Shown: positions 25,159-38,686, counted from the stretch's first letter. The stretch is 64,000 nt of DNA from Basidiobolus meristosporus CBS 931.73 (GCA_002104905.1 MCFE01000010.1:1-64000); one strand, 5' to 3'. Notes: a model not told the origin generated them from the sequence alone. Program-made: numbers and translations.

Positions 25159-27012
25159 ATGGCTACTGAACAATATCAAGGTGCTATCGGTATCGATCTC
25201 GGTACCACTTACTCCTGCGTTGCCGTCTGGGAAGGTGAGCGTGTCGAAATCATTGCTAACGAGCAAGGTAACCGTACCACTCCCTCCTATGTCGCTTTCA
25301 CCGACAGCGAGAGACTTATTGGTGATGCCGCCAAGAACCAAGGCGCCATGAACCCTAAGAACACCGTCTTCGATGCCAAGCGTTTGATCGGTCGTCGTTT
25401 CGATGACCCATCTGTCAAGAAGGATATGGCCAACTGGCCTTTCACCATTATTGACAAGGATGATCAACCTTATGTCCAAGTTCAATACCAAGGTGAGACC
25501 AAGGAATTCTCTCCCCAAGAAATTTCTTCTATGGTCTTGATCAAGATGAAGGAAGTTGCTGAGGCCAAGTTGGGCAAGACCGTCGAGAAGGCTGTCGTCA
25601 CTGTCCCCGCTTACTTCAACGACTCCCAACGTCAAGCTACCAAGGATGCTGGATCCATCGCTGGTCTTGAGGTCCTTCGTATCATCAACGAGCCCACCGC
25701 CGCTGCTATCGCTTACGGTCTTGACTCCAAGACCCAAACCGAGAAGAACGTCCTCATCTTCGATTTGGGTGGTGGTACCTTCGATGTTTCCCTTCTTACC
25801 ATCAACGGTGGTATCTTCGCTGTCAAGGCTACCGCTGGTGATACCCATCTTGGTGGTGAAGATTTCGATCACACTCTCCTTGAGCACTTCAAGCAAGACT
25901 TCAAGCGCAAGCACAAGCAAGACATCTCCGATGATGCTCGTGCCGTCCGTAGATTGAGAACCGCTTGTGAGCGTGCCAAGAGAACTTTGTCTTCCTTGAC
26001 TCAGACCACCATCGAAATCGACTCCCTCTACCAAGGTATCGACTACCAAGCCAACATCACTCGTGCCAAGTTCGAGGAGTTGAACAACGCTCTCTTCGAC
26101 AACACCATTGAGCCCGTCAAGAAGGTCCTCAAGGATGCCAAGTTCGCCAAGAACGAGGTTGACGAGATCGTCCTTGTTGGTGGTTCCACTCGTATCCCCA
26201 AGATTCAATCTCTTCTCCAAGAGTTCTTCGACGGAAAGGAATTGAACAAGTCTATCAACCCTGATGAAGCCGTTGCCTACGGTGCTGCCGTCCAAGCTGC
26301 TGTCTTGACCAACACCTCTGGTTCCGAGAAGACCCAAGATCTTCTCCTTCTTGATGTCGTCCCCCTTTCTCTCGGTGTTGAGATGGAAGGTGGTGTCATG
26401 GCTGTTGTTGTTCCCCGTAACACTCCTATCCCCACCATCAAGAAGAAGGTCTTCACCACCACCCACGACAACCAAACCACTGTCGAGTTCCCTATCTATG
26501 AAGGTGAGCGCCCCATGACCAAGGATAACAACCTCCTCGGTAACTTCCAACTCAGCGGTATCCCCCCTGCTCCTCGTGGTGCCCCCGAGCTTGAATGTAC
26601 CTTCGACCTTAACGCCGATGGTATCCTCAAGGTTACCGCCCAAGAGAAGGCTTCCGGTCGCAAGGCCAACATCACCATCTCTAACAGCTCTGGCCGTTTG
26701 AGCGCTGCCGATATTGAGCGCATGGTCAAGGATGCCGAGAAGTTCAAGGATGAGGACAAGAAGGCTGAAGCCCGTGTCCAAGCCAAGCAAGAATTGGAAT
26801 CCTACATCTACCAAATCGAAGGTTCCATGTCCGACATGAACGTTGCCATGAAGATGAAGCGTGGTGACAAGGAGGCCATTGAGAACGCTTTGTCCGATGC
26901 CATGGAATTCTTGGACATCAAGGCCAACGAGGCTTCCCAAGATGAGATCTCCTCCACTCACCGCAAGCTCCAGAAGACCGTCTCTTCCGCTTTCCGCAAC
27001 CTCTACAAATAA
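25159..27012 (+). CDS. SSB1: Ribosome-associated Hsp70 chaperone, Ssb type
   Basis: [48 protein letters not shown]. The C-terminus ends [15 protein letters not shown] without EEVD, as in fungal Ssb. Strong codon bias. Confidence 0.93.
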   Translation: MATEQYQGAIGIDLGTTYSCVAVWEGERVEIIANEQGNRTTPSYVAFTDSERLIGDAAKNQGAMNPKNTVFDAKRLIGRRFDDPSVKKDMANWPFTIIDKDDQPYVQVQYQGETKEFSPQEISSMVLIKMKEVAEAKLGKTVEKAVVTVPAYFNDSQRQATKDAGSIAGLEVLRIINEPTAAAIAYGLDSKTQTEKNVLIFDLGGGTFDVSLLTINGGIFAVKATAGDTHLGGEDFDHTLLEHFKQDFKRKHKQDISDDARAVRRLRTACERAKRTLSSLTQTTIEIDSLYQGIDYQANITRAKFEELNNALFDNTIEPVKKVLKDAKFAKNEVDEIVLVGGSTRIPKIQSLLQEFFDGKELNKSINPDEAVAYGAAVQAAVLTNTSGSEKTQDLLLLDVVPLSLGVEMEGGVMAVVVPRNTPIPTIKKKVFTTTHDNQTTVEFPIYEGERPMTKDNNLLGNFQLSGIPPAPRGAPELECTFDLNADGILKVTAQEKASGRKANITISNSSGRLSAADIERMVKDAEKFKDEDKKAEARVQAKQELESYIYQIEGSMSDMNVAMKMKRGDKEAIENALSDAMEFLDIKANEASQDEISSTHRKLQKTVSSAFRNLYK

Positions 27013-27263
27013 ATCCGCTCCCCGGAATATCCGTTGATCATGCACTGTGGTTCGAACAGCTTCAATCCCAAATCTGTATAGACTTATAGCTAATAGATAG
27101 TTGAAAATTATCGCTGGATCTTAACAATGACCTTTATTCAATTATCAATAAACTAGTTGTTGCTATCCAATTTGAATGCAATCGATTTTCGTTATAATGA
27201 TTGATATAGCCTACAAACGTTTGGTGTTTCTCTCTATATATATATGGTAGATGACACTCGATT

Positions 27264-29113
27264 TTATTTGGTTTTTTCCCTTTCGAGTGGATACTCAGTG
27301 ATCACTTCAACCGAATTAATTGGTGGGAAGGGGTTCTGCTTGCTGAGTACGACGAGCTTGCGCTGGTGGTTTAAGTATCCTTTGACGTAGCCCTGTACGT
27401 GTGTGTGGAGCCAAGTTAGATTATTAGTCGCGTTACTGAGACGATCAACTTACCTGGTCAATTAGGGAGATTAAAATACACTCGGCATCACCTATATCCA
27501 AATCCTCATCATCGCTGGCCACGGACATTGCTGTCAACACATCCTCGTATGACAAGGTGGGCGGTGATTTGGGGGATGGGTTGTACGTCAACAGAAAACT
27601 AGGGGCAATGGCGATGGGATTAAGTGACTGCTCATTGAAGAACCATTTCTCGACGTCTACCTACACTTTTCTTATCAATTGACGATAGAGAATGATGGCA
27701 CAGCGTTCCTTCAGGATCATGTAGTTTCCTGTGCTCAGGAACCAATCAAGCTGGGCATCCAAGGAGCGCTCGAAGCTTCGAATGTCCCCTTTACCAATTG
27801 CTTGGATGATCCCACTCAAGCGATTTACTAGCCCATATTTCTCCAACAACTCTCGAGAGGGCGGCCTGCCACGGATGATTCTTGTGATGGTCAAGTACAA
27901 GAAAATCAACCTTGGGGGAGGGGGTGGTTGGTCACTATCATGACGAAAGTCGTCGTATTAATTGGGCACATACCGCCGATTCTTGCGCATCTCATCGGGG
28001 CAATGTCGGAATGCGAAATCCAGCTCAGTCTCTGCCTGCATCAAATGGCTTAGGTAAGGACGAAAACAACCACTCCATCGTCTATTGAGCTCACCTTTTT
28101 TATCAAATGTTGATAGAGATACAGTCTTCCAACGTAATACCGGTAGGTGACTTGCTGTGAGATTGGGAAATTCTCCACGCTGAGCTTCGCCTTTTGGATG
28201 TTGTTGATGAAAGTTTGGCACAATCTAATTGTATCCAGCTGGTGAAAGATGTCGTACGTGTTAGCATGTCTATCTTCGAGAGTCAGAGCACGCGGCACCT
28301 ACATTGAAGTAAACTTTGAACGCCAAATTCGTGACAAAATAGATGGCTGGTTTTTTGGATTCTTCGAACGGTGCTCTGCAGGGAAAGGGGATGATCAGAG
28401 TTGGCCGTGAGAGTACATATAAACATCCGCCACCACACAAACCTATCACTAATAATCATGTTGAAGGTCCTCGATAGAATACGTGCTGCGTCGGTGGCTT
28501 TCTTGTTTTTGCTTCGAACACGAGTTTGCTTATCTGCCTGGAGTCCTCGTGTTAAAAACCGCACGTATGGAGTAAATTAGGAGTGCTATATTTCAGTACC
28601 TGCAACGCAAATTCCACCAAATAGCTTGATAGCTTTTTAACCATTGGAACAAGCCACCCAGCATCGCCTGCGTTAAATGCGGGAATGAATTGTCTAGTGT
28701 GTCGGAATTGATTAATCCAAGCTCTTGGACGATCGAAAAAAAACCAAACTATATTACGCAAATACGTCGGCAAAAAGATCGTAGAGATGCGTCAAGTTAG
28801 TAGGGTCCACCTCCTTTATAAATGTAAGATACGCTGCAGTAAGATCGTCATAGGGCCTTTCTGTAATATTCTTCCTACATAACGCTTGGACATTATTCAC
28901 CTAATATAATACAGCGACTAGGTAAATCATGGATCTGTTTGCAGTAATCTTCGTAGAGGTCTGGAAATAACTAACCGATTGCAACTCTTTTTTTAGTGTA
29001 TCTGTATATGAGTTGACATCAAAGTCGAAGTAATATGCAAGAAGATCACCATCTCTGGCACCTCTTGCCTGGGATACCTGCTGTATCGTTTCCAACACTG
29101 TAGGGCAAGACAT
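27264..29113 (-). CDS. PCI-domain protein (PCID2/CSN12/Thp1 family), multi-exon
   Basis: Spliced reading gives ...[18 protein letters not shown]|LDTIRLCQ...[19 protein letters not shown]...[11 protein letters not shown]|[23 protein letters not shown]. All introns inspected are GT-AG. Start codon tentative. Confidence 0.85.
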
Positions 29114-29758
29114 GCTTTTGGATTGAAAGTACCCAGTGAACCACAAGGCCTGCCAGCACGTTGCGATAATGTGGATTTTTTCGAAAACAAGATGAACATG
29201 TTTTGATTTAGCAAGTTGATTACCAGGAGGATATTTGATCAACTGGCTAATCAAGAATTCACCTGAGGGTTAATCCTATTTTAGAAGAGAGCATGAGAGA
29301 ACGCTTCACCAATCAATCAAAACACCAGGACCAAATACAAATTAGATAAGCAAGCCTCGTGCATTAACCAAATTTCTTGGCCAGTTCCGATACTGTATGC
29401 ACAATGAGTACCAATTCTCTTACAAACAGTACGGCAACTGGCTCCCATATACGTTCACTCGGGAATAAGGGAACTGTGAGAATTTCCAGTATATTAGTGA
29501 ATGTGAATTCAATACGAACAAGAGCATGAGGGTGAGAACTTCTCGAAAATTCTCACGCAATTGTAGATCATTGGGTTTTGACGGGTATCGATGATGACTT
29601 AGCCGGGACGTTAGCCTCTCGATATATATTCACGTGAGCGATGGGTGATTTCGCAATAGCCCCAACCAAGAGATTATTTGCTTGCACATTGATTTTGGTA
29701 ACCTTATTTCCCTGTTAGCCTTTCAACTTGACAGTAAATATCCTCCATATCTTCAACA

Positions 29759-30532
29759 ATGTCTTCCCTTAGAGTCCTTGTCGGTTGTAAGCGTGTCATC
29801 GACTACGCTGTGAAAATCCGCGTCAACGCTGCCAAGACCGCTGTGGAGACCAATGGCGTCAAGCACTCCATGAACCCTTTTGACGAAATTGCAGTTGAGG
29901 AGGCCGTTCGCCTTAAGGAGAAGCTCGGAAAGAAGGTGAGCGAAGTGGTCGCTGTTTCCTGCGGTACTGCTAAGGCACAAGAGACTCTCCGCACTGCTTT
30001 GGCCATGGGTGCTGATCGCGCCATTCACGTTCAAGTGGAAGATGACGCCAAGTTGCAACCTTTAGGCGTTGCCAAACTGCTGAAGGCTATTGTGGAGAAG
30101 GAGAAGATCGACTTGGTCGTTCTCGGCAAGCAAGCTATTGACGACGATTCCAACCAAACCGGTCAAATGTTGGCTGGGTTGTTGAACTGGCCACAAGCTA
30201 CTTTCGCTTCCAAGGTGGAAATTGCCGAAGATAACGCAATCACTGTATCTCGTGAGGTTGACGGTGGCATTGAGACCATCGCCTCCAAGATCCCTGCTAT
30301 CATTACCACCGATCTTAGACTCAATGAGCCCAGATATGCCTCTCTTCCCAACATCATGAAGGCCAAGAAAAAGCCTCTTGCCAAGCTTACACCCGGTGAT
30401 CTTGGTGTTGATGTGGAACCACGTCTCGAGGTTCTCGAAGTCTCTGAGCCTCCCAAGAGAAGTGGAGGTAAGAAGGTCGAATCAGTTGATGAGCTTGTTG
30501 ACAAATTGAAGAATGAAGCTGCCATTTTGTAA
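29759..30532 (+). CDS. ETFB: Electron transfer flavoprotein beta subunit
   Basis: [78 protein letters not shown]. Confidence 0.97.
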   Translation: MSSLRVLVGCKRVIDYAVKIRVNAAKTAVETNGVKHSMNPFDEIAVEEAVRLKEKLGKKVSEVVAVSCGTAKAQETLRTALAMGADRAIHVQVEDDAKLQPLGVAKLLKAIVEKEKIDLVVLGKQAIDDDSNQTGQMLAGLLNWPQATFASKVEIAEDNAITVSREVDGGIETIASKIPAIITTDLRLNEPRYASLPNIMKAKKKPLAKLTPGDLGVDVEPRLEVLEVSEPPKRSGGKKVESVDELVDKLKNEAAIL

Positions 30533-30802
30533 ATTGATCCCCAAATCTTAAACCTGCATTCACCCAGATTCATTCATACATATCCTCGTCAATCCTCGTC
30601 AATCTTCCTTGAATCGAAATAAAGGCAAAAACGATAGCAACCTCGATGAGACAACAATGTTAGATCTCAATCAGAAACATGTGTCTGATTTGTAACAACT
30701 TTATGTAGAATACTCCTTACAATTGTGTATCATCAGCACCATTTGTGGTTATATAAGCTATCTTCGCTCTACTCATAGTTCACCACTCACCACTCACCCA
30801 TA

Positions 30803-31021
30803 ATGTACATCTACTGCTTGATCGCCATTCTTGGAGCTCTATCCAGCTCGGTCATGTCGCTCCCAATTCTTGATATTGGTGGGACGGTACCCGTGGAGTT
30901 CAGCCCCGTGATCAACATTACCCCTAGATTCCGACCCATAGTCGGTGTCATTGGGATTGGCAGTAACGATCTAGACAGCAGCACCCCAAGAAAAGCCGCT
31001 TTCCCATTCCTTAATTCTTAG
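30803..31021 (+). CDS. Small putative secreted protein, 72 aa
   Basis: Signal-peptide-like N-terminus (MYIYCLIAILGALSSSVMS|LP), TATA-like tatataag ~50 nt upstream and a C-rich leader. No family recognised. Confidence 0.6.
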   Translation: MYIYCLIAILGALSSSVMSLPILDIGGTVPVEFSPVINITPRFRPIVGVIGIGSNDLDSSTPRKAAFPFLNS

Positions 31022-31182
31022 GATAGCAGTCTTGTAGAAAGTGTGGGTGGTGAGGAGGGTCGATTTATTGTGTAATTAATTACTAATTTCACCGTGTGCC
31101 AAAGGCTACTTGCGGCGAGGTGATTGTTGAATAAATCGATGTATTTAATCTACATTCTTCAATTTTACCATCAAATTCAAGT

Positions 31183-34023
31183 CTACGATAGGTTTGCTTC
31201 AAGGTGCTTCAGATGCTTTCTGACTTCATCGTATCTTTCTTGGTCCCCAAATGATTCATAGACTTGTGCCAGCGTCCTGTAAGTGCTCTCGTTCGCCACA
31301 ACCTTCCTTTCTAGCATCTCCTTAAAGATTTGCTCCACCAGTTGTGGATCTTTCTGCATTCGGCCAGCGCTAGCGATTACTAGATTGTAGTGGTATGGTT
31401 CAGGATGCGTTATACCGCTTAAAATCTCTTGGCATTTTGAAATATCGAATGGCTCCAAGAAGGCGTAGGCTTGTAAAAGTAGCTTATAAGTGTACCCGTT
31501 AGGCGTGACTTTCGAGGCTTGAAGATCTTTAAAGCATTCAGCAACTTTAACCTGGTCTCTTTGGTTGATGTAATAAGTCATCATGGTGTTGAAGGGAATT
31601 GGACTTAATTTACAGCCCGTGTCTTGAAGCATCTCTCGATAGTACTGATGTGCCGATGTGGAATTATGCATATTTAGTGATGTGTTGATTAGTGTGTTGT
31701 AGGTCAATTCGGTAGGTTGAATCTGGTAGTGTTTCATCTCTAAGTAAATATCGGCCATGGTGGAAAGATCAGCGCTATAGGCGATTTTGCTCCATAAAGC
31801 CCGGAAAAAATCATGAGTAAGACGAAGTCCCCGTATCCTCAACTCTTCATAGGCATCTAAAGCGATTTTAGAGGCGTCGGGGCTGTGCAAAAGAAATAGA
31901 TATTGTGCACACGCATTAGCACTAGGGTATTCGCCCATATTAACTATTGACTCATAGTATTCCTGTGCTTTAGGCAGATTCTTTCGGGAGGCGAATGCAC
32001 ATAGCAGTGAATTTGTAGGAAAGAGGCGTGCTTTGTTGCGTTCCTTTGGATCCTTGATGTTTTGATAGATGCTGTCAGAGATCTTGAGAATCTTCTCTGC
32101 GTCCTCTAGTCTATTTTCTATTCCAAGCCTCTCAATCAATTCGGAAAACGCTTGTGGAGTCAGTAAGACTTGGCTGTTAACTGCATCTTCGAGTAGAGAT
32201 TCTGCAACAGGTAGACCCTTTGATTCGCCACATTTTTCGATGATATTATGCGACAGCTTGGAGGACAATTCAGCTTTCTTAAGAGCATGTAGAACCCGCT
32301 CAGAAATTGAACTATGCTGACAAGAGAGTAGCTCCTGCTTCCACAGAGTTTTGACACCACTCGACTTGCTTCCGAATAATGCATCACCAATGCTTTGATA
32401 TAAATTATCAAGCCCTGTGCCATCGATGTACCTTGAGCTCTGACTGGCAAGCACTTCGATCTCCTTCAAAGACTCTGGATCTCTATTACTGGCAATAATA
32501 TATGAGGCAGCGATGTATCCATAAACATCAGCAGTGACGTGGGGGTCAGCGGTATGTTTGTAAGAGTCCACGACAACTGCAGAGATGTGATCATTCGGTC
32601 GTATCTCGTATTTCAGGAGTGTTTTGAGCGATTTCAGAACAAATTTAGAGTCGCTCTTTTGAGACTGTAACACGTAAGTTGCAAAATCCAGTGCCTCTCT
32701 ACGTGATTTAGATTCCTTCGATAAGAGCAGAATCAACGTCTCAAATGCCTCCACATTTCTTGAACTATCTTCAAATTCGAATAACGCCTCCATGCTTCTA
32801 CGGCAAAATTCCATTCTAGGCTTGAATCCTAGATCCTTCATCTCTTGGAGGACCTCGACCCAGAGCTGAACGTCCCTGTTTTTCAGTGATAGTTTTGCCA
32901 ACGTCTCCAGTACTGAATATCTTGAAGAAACAGACATCGCACGTTTATCTTTGTATATCTTCTTCGCATTGTCGAATCGCTCCGCATCACATGCACTTGA
33001 AAGCAGCACATTGTATGTGACCTCATTAGGGCGACCTACTTGTGCTTTCTTCAGTCTTGTAAACCATTCAAGTGCCTCATCGAATTTTCCGTTGTTTACC
33101 AAGTGGGTTATAATGGAATTGTATGTAAGCACATCAGGGATTATGTCATCTTCCAGCATCGTCCTTTCAAGGATTTTTTCTGCTCTATCAAACTCCCCAT
33201 TTTCCAAACAGCTAATGATTGCGATGCTGTAAACACTTTGCAAATTTCTCTGGTCGTTGAGGAAACTCCCCAGCTGAGATCGAAACTTTTCGAAGTACTT
33301 CATAGAACTTGAGAAATCTTTCGCTTCACTATAAAGCAATATCAACGATGCATAGGTCATGGCTGAGGGTTTCAAGTGAGGTAGGTCATTAATCTTGTGT
33401 AGTATCTCGGCACCTCGCTTGATATCGCCCTGATGTGCAAAATTTCGCAGTAAACCGTCATAGACACCCTGCTTGTAGGTGAAGTGCTTCTCAGTAGAAA
33501 TAAGAATCTCCCAGGCTGTGTTTAAATTATTCTCCTCTTTCCAGCTCGCTATTTTTTCCTCCGTTTCGGTTGACATGGCGCCTTTTTTTAAGTATCGCTT
33601 GATAACCTGTTGAAGGTCATTTTCACGTATACTTAACGCCTTGAGCAGTGAGGCCAGGGTTGCTTCACTTGGAACATATCCCAGTTGTGACATTTCTTGA
33701 AGAGTAGATAATGCTGGCTTCAGTGAGGTATACGACGGACGTAAATGGATTTGGCCATCAAGTAATATTTGGTATTCGTATCTCGAAAGCTTTTTTCCTT
33801 GGCTATGAATTCCTTCTACGCATTTCTCCAAACCCTTTAAATCCTTTTTTTGCTTGAACTTAAGTAACTGAGTCTCTAAGGGAGAACGCTTGTACATACT
33901 TCGACAAGGGATAATAATTGGTTTGGAGGGTAGTCTGGCCAGTTTACTGACGGGAACAGGAGAGCTTCGAATGTTCGACACTAGCGGGGCGACATGTTTG
34001 AGTCCTCTTAGAAAGCCGCTCAT
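31183..34023 (-). CDS. Mitochondrial pentatricopeptide-repeat (PPR) protein, 946 aa
   Basis: Basic, acid-free presequence (MSGFLRGLKHVAPLVSNIRSS...). Repeated ~35-aa PPR units (e.g. PDVLTYNSIITHLVNNGKFDEALEWFTRLKK, PNEVTYNVLLSSA, PTELTYNTLIN, PNGYTYKLLLQAY). Confidence 0.9.
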   Translation of the reverse strand: MSGFLRGLKHVAPLVSNIRSSPVPVSKLARLPSKPIIIPCRSMYKRSPLETQLLKFKQKKDLKGLEKCVEGIHSQGKKLSRYEYQILLDGQIHLRPSYTSLKPALSTLQEMSQLGYVPSEATLASLLKALSIRENDLQQVIKRYLKKGAMSTETEEKIASWKEENNLNTAWEILISTEKHFTYKQGVYDGLLRNFAHQGDIKRGAEILHKINDLPHLKPSAMTYASLILLYSEAKDFSSSMKYFEKFRSQLGSFLNDQRNLQSVYSIAIISCLENGEFDRAEKILERTMLEDDIIPDVLTYNSIITHLVNNGKFDEALEWFTRLKKAQVGRPNEVTYNVLLSSACDAERFDNAKKIYKDKRAMSVSSRYSVLETLAKLSLKNRDVQLWVEVLQEMKDLGFKPRMEFCRRSMEALFEFEDSSRNVEAFETLILLLSKESKSRREALDFATYVLQSQKSDSKFVLKSLKTLLKYEIRPNDHISAVVVDSYKHTADPHVTADVYGYIAASYIIASNRDPESLKEIEVLASQSSRYIDGTGLDNLYQSIGDALFGSKSSGVKTLWKQELLSCQHSSISERVLHALKKAELSSKLSHNIIEKCGESKGLPVAESLLEDAVNSQVLLTPQAFSELIERLGIENRLEDAEKILKISDSIYQNIKDPKERNKARLFPTNSLLCAFASRKNLPKAQEYYESIVNMGEYPSANACAQYLFLLHSPDASKIALDAYEELRIRGLRLTHDFFRALWSKIAYSADLSTMADIYLEMKHYQIQPTELTYNTLINTSLNMHNSTSAHQYYREMLQDTGCKLSPIPFNTMMTYYINQRDQVKVAECFKDLQASKVTPNGYTYKLLLQAYAFLEPFDISKCQEILSGITHPEPYHYNLVIASAGRMQKDPQLVEQIFKEMLERKVVANESTYRTLAQVYESFGDQERYDEVRKHLKHLEANLS

Positions 34024-34500
34024 CGGAGAATGGCTTTTCGGAAATATCTGGAGAAATATATACAGAGAAAGTATATGCTAGTGTTATTAAAGCCTCGAAC
34101 ACCTTGATACTTCAACAATAGGGATTTCTCGAATCTGTAGGTTCACCATATTGGCTCATCAGAAACGAAATAAATTTTCCATTGAGATCTCCACAAATCT
34201 GCCAAAAATCAGACAAGCTTCCCCAGGCTTTTACGATATTGATAAAAGCTTAATCAAATCTGCAGCCGCAATGCGCACAATATATGCTAAGCCCGAAGAA
34301 ATTCACAACAAGCATGAATGTCTTGCAATGTAAAAGACCACATTTTATAAATTTTCTTGATGGTAATAAGAAAGATGCTAGACTTGTTATCCGAAGAAAG
34401 TCGAATGTGAATTTGTGATGACATAGGATTACAAAGAAAAAAGAATGAAGGGTGGAGAGTTTTTTCTTGTTCTAAAATATTCAAAAATAAAGTGTTGCAC

Positions 34501-35303
34501 TCATTCCATGACAATGGTAGCACCAAGAGCCTCTAAGGTCTTCTTAAGAGCTTCAGCTTCCTCCTTGGGGACGTTTTCTTTGATGACCTTGGGTGCGCTC
34601 TCTACGAACTTCTTGGCCTATAATTGATCAAAAGTCAAACACTGTCTATGCTTGCGCGCTGCACGGAAACTAATTACCTCAACCAAGTTGCATCCAGGAA
34701 TGATACCCTTGATTTCACGAATAATCTTAGCCTTGGAGGCAGCGTCGAACTTGTCGAGCTTGACGTTGAACATGGTCTTCTCAGGAGCCTTCTCCTCCTA
34801 TAGACAAGCAAGACGTTCAATATATATGTGGCAAAATCTTGGGTGATAAAATGTTACCTCAGCAGGAGCGGCACCAGCAGGGGCAGCGGCGGCGGCAACT
34901 TGCATAACAGGAGCAGCGATGTCTTGAATGTTGAGCTTCTCCTTCAACAACTTGACCAAGTCAGCGGTTTCCAGCAAAGTCAAACCAGAGATTTCATCCA
35001 CAATTTTGGTGATCTTGGGGCTAACATCCTTGCTTTCTCCGGGAGTGGGAGCGGCCTCGGTAGAGTAGGAGTGGCGGCTGACCAAAACTGAGGAGACAGT
35101 GCTACGTGAAGCTTGTCTATTCGCCTGGAGTTAGAAAAGCCACGAACCAACCTGAACTCACTGCTCTACAAAACTTACCTAACAAAAGCTTGACGAGTGA
35201 TAGTGCGGAGAGCAACGCGGGTTTGAAGTGCAAAAGCCTACAATACACTTTTTTTAGCTTATCAAAGGAGTTAGAGAAGGTATTAGAAGAGCAGGTTTAC
35301 CAT
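34501..35303 (-). CDS. MRPL12: Mitochondrial ribosomal protein bL12m (L7/L12), 5 exons, ATG-only first exon
   Basis: Spliced: MAFALQTRV...[27 protein letters not shown]...[21 protein letters not shown]...NLVE|[38 protein letters not shown]. Confidence 0.93.
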
Positions 35304-35794
35304 TTCGACAGTAGAGTACTCGGTTGAGAAGTCAAGCAGGTATCTTTATGGTGAAGTCCGTTCAAATGATTTCTTGGTTTCGAGAAAATTGTTCAAAATT
35401 TTCCACACGTGATACAAGAATATTTTGTGGTGGTGAATTCGAATTTTGGTGGGATTTCGTGAAATTTAACGGCGAATTCCCATATTATGGGGGTTTCGAT
35501 CAGTGACTACCAACCAGAATGGGACTTACTCAAGAGTGGATGGAGTAATAAGAGGGGGGTACTCAAAATATCCTCTGAGCCAATTGATAATTAGGGCATT
35601 TCATAGATGTACGATTGTTTTCATTGGAATAGTGCTGTTTGCCGTAAATGCGAGTAATATTTTGCAGATTTCAATGGTCCGCTATTACGAACGACTTGAT
35701 GGAAAAACCAAACCAACATTTACTGTAGATTAAACCAGTGCTACATAATTTACTTGTAACAAACGCGGACATCTTTCTATAACGTACCCTCAGT

Positions 35795-38686
35795 ATGGCC
35801 AGTCGGAAATTACAAGGTAACGTAGCCTTAAGTAGCTTTGTACCCTTCAGTTAACACATCGTCTAAATTCCAAAACACCGCGTAATCCATCACTACGACT
35901 TAAAGTTGAAATCGATCGAGTGTTAAAAAAAGTGACCGAAGGGGTTGAGACCTTCGAAGAGATTTATGATAAAATCCAGACGTCAAGTAACAATAACCAG
36001 AAAGAGAAATTAGAGCAAGACTTAAAGAAAGAGATAAAGAAACTCCAAAGACATCGAGATCAGATTAAAAGTTGGATCTCTTCCAATGAAATTAAAGACA
36101 AACGTGTATTACTGGAGAATAGAAAACTGATAGAGCAGGTAGGCAAATCGAATACCTTTTGTCACAAGAAATTGCACAAACACGTCTTTTCAAATATATA
36201 GCAAATGGAGAAGTTCAAGGCCTGTGAAAAAGAGATGAAAACGAAAGCTTACTCCAAAGAAGGTTTAAGCCAGTCCGCTCGTTTAGATCCAGTAGAGCGT
36301 AAAAAGATGGAGACTTGCCAATGGGTGATATCCACAGTCGATCAGCTCAACGAAAAGATAGAGCGACTCGGCGCAGAGGAAGAAATCCTAGAAGCTGCCA
36401 TGAAGAAGGGTAAAAAGGATTCTTCCAAGATGGAGAGATTAGGCCAAGTCGGATATATAATAGAAAGAAACAAGTACCACGTGAATCGCCTAGAGCTGAT
36501 TCTCCGTCTGCTGGAAAACGGAAGAATGGACCCAGAAAAGGTAAGAATACCAGCAACTGCAGCTCATTAATGTTGTATTGACATAGTGCATTCGATAGGT
36601 TGAAGATATTCAAGAAACAATGAATTATTACCTAGAGGCTCATGAAGTATGTATATACCGCATAAAGTAACAAATGCTGGTTCTGCTAAACAATGGAAAA
36701 TCACGAAAGGAATCTGATTTCGAAGAAGACGAATATGTATATGAAGACCTTAACTTGGAAGAAGAGGAGGAGCTTTTCCAAATCGGCAACGAGGAGCCAC
36801 AAAGCAGCCATGGCTCAGTGTATGAAGGTATTTGTCAGTTTCATCTTGGTTTAACATATCTTTCTCTTAACGCATATATCGACACCCAGATTCTCGTAGT
36901 CAAAAAGAGGTTTGTAGAGTAATAGTGGTATGTAGCGAATCTATCCAAATTAAGTGTGTGTGGTATTTTATGATGAAAAGGAAGAGAAACGAAGCAAAGA
37001 CGAAGAGGTACAGTTATCATATTGATCGCCACAGTTGCATATCTTATTTCCCCACTGTTTCTAAATCCACCTGATTCTGGTATGTAGACACCATCATCAT
37101 CGTCGTCGCCTAAATCTTCGACAATCAAAGCCATTGTCTCGAATGCTAGAAGTCCGTATATGCTCTTCAATTAAGTTATTGCAGATCTTTGCTAATACTC
37201 CCTCGTAGAAATTACCATCTCAACCTCCAAAGACAACACTCCTGATAACAGTGCGTGCCGGATAGAATATGTAATTGGCCTGATTTGGTTTTTAATTTTC
37301 CATATCATTTCTATTTTCCAGCTGCTCCCACAACACCTATATCACCAAGTGGTAACAAGCCTTCGGCCGCATCGATACTGGTCAAGTCCATCAATTCCAA
37401 GACCCCTGCCACTCCTGCGTTGACCCATCCGTCCTACTCCTCTGCCGTTGGCATTCACTCTTCCCCAACCGCTAGCATCATCTCGAATGACAAGTCAGAA
37501 GGGCACACTAGCCCTAAAGGTGCTCTATATGTAAATATCTTGAGATATTTATATCAAATGTTAACCACAAATTATAGAGGATGGCCTCAAAACTTCCGAG
37601 GAGGTTGGCAATACGAAAGCTGAAGCTCAACAGGAACCTCAACCGCCAGAATCAGTAAATATGCCTGTGTCGAATTTATTGAGAAAGTTGTACTCTAATA
37701 CACATCTGCAGACTCCTTCCTCGGCACTTTCCGAAGTAACTAAAGCCGTAGAGGGTCTCAAAGATATCCCCCAAACTACACTCGGTAGCTCTGCTGCTGG
37801 CCTTGAAAAAGTAACACGCGATTTGATTGCATAAGTGAATACCAACCTCTAACCATTGCCATCTCAGTCAAATGTAGATACTGAAGTTACGCAAGAAAAT
37901 CCGCATCCAGAAGTAGAAAACCGAGTCCCCCCTGTTCTTGTGGATTTGGTTCCATCATTAGACTCCATCAAAGACAAAGGTATACCGTTTCTGCGGGTAG
38001 CTTTATTGTGCGCAAGATTTCTAAAATGTTTCCAACAAAGTCGAAGGTGGCAACTATCCTGAAGACCAAGATATGCTCGAAACTAGTTTCCTTTGCATGC
38101 CTGATAGCGCTGATTTAGAAAAGTATGCAACATATCTCTAAGGAAGGCTACGTAAATTCTTGCTAATTTTGAACCATTGCTTCTCTATTTCCCCCAACTC
38201 AAGACCCAAGTTCTACACTCCCAAAACTCCCGCATCTACACCCAGCTACTATCCTCAAAGCATAATGCCAGTCCTGAACAACCCTGCCTTTTACGAAAGA
38301 TTCGATTTGGACACTTTGTTCTTCATCTTTTATTATCAGCAGGGAACCTACCAGCAGTATGGTGACATTACGTAGTTTATTCCAAATTGACACCACGCTG
38401 AAGCATACACTCTAGATACCTAGCGGCGAGAGAGCTCAAGAAACAGTCTTGGCGGTTCCATAAGAAGTATCTGACATGGTTTCAGCGCCATGAAGAGCCC
38501 AAAGCCATTACGGAAGATTACGAACAGGGGACGTATATTTACTTCGACTACGAGGGAGCTTGGTGCCAGCGTAAGAAAACTGAGTTTAGGTAAGCTCCAT
38601 GGTATATCCAGGCTGCATGTGGCGTGTTGCTCACCGTACTCTACAGATTTGAATACCGGTATCTGGAAGACGCTGAGCTCCTATAG
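35795..38686 (+). CDS. NOT3: CCR4-NOT subunit Not3/Not5, many exons including 20- and 27-nt microexons
   Basis: MASRKLQ|[17 protein letters not shown]...[12 protein letters not shown]...[22 protein letters not shown]-terminal NOT box: [19 protein letters not shown]...[22 protein letters not shown]...[11 protein letters not shown]...FEYRYLED. Confidence 0.93.

Noticed and set aside
25153-27045. 630-aa antisense ORF spanning the whole Hsp70 gene
   Set aside because: Same-frame antisense ORFs are a known shadow of strongly biased Hsp70 codon usage: avoiding TTA/CTA/TCA removes antisense stops. The translation shows no recognisable fold. It would need stranded RNA or peptide evidence.
36858-36886. 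ATATCTTT...CTCTTAAC...AC inside a NOT3 intron, resembling nested U12 signals
   Set aside because: The elements are adjacent with no room for a real intron, and the enclosing GT-AG intron splices in frame.
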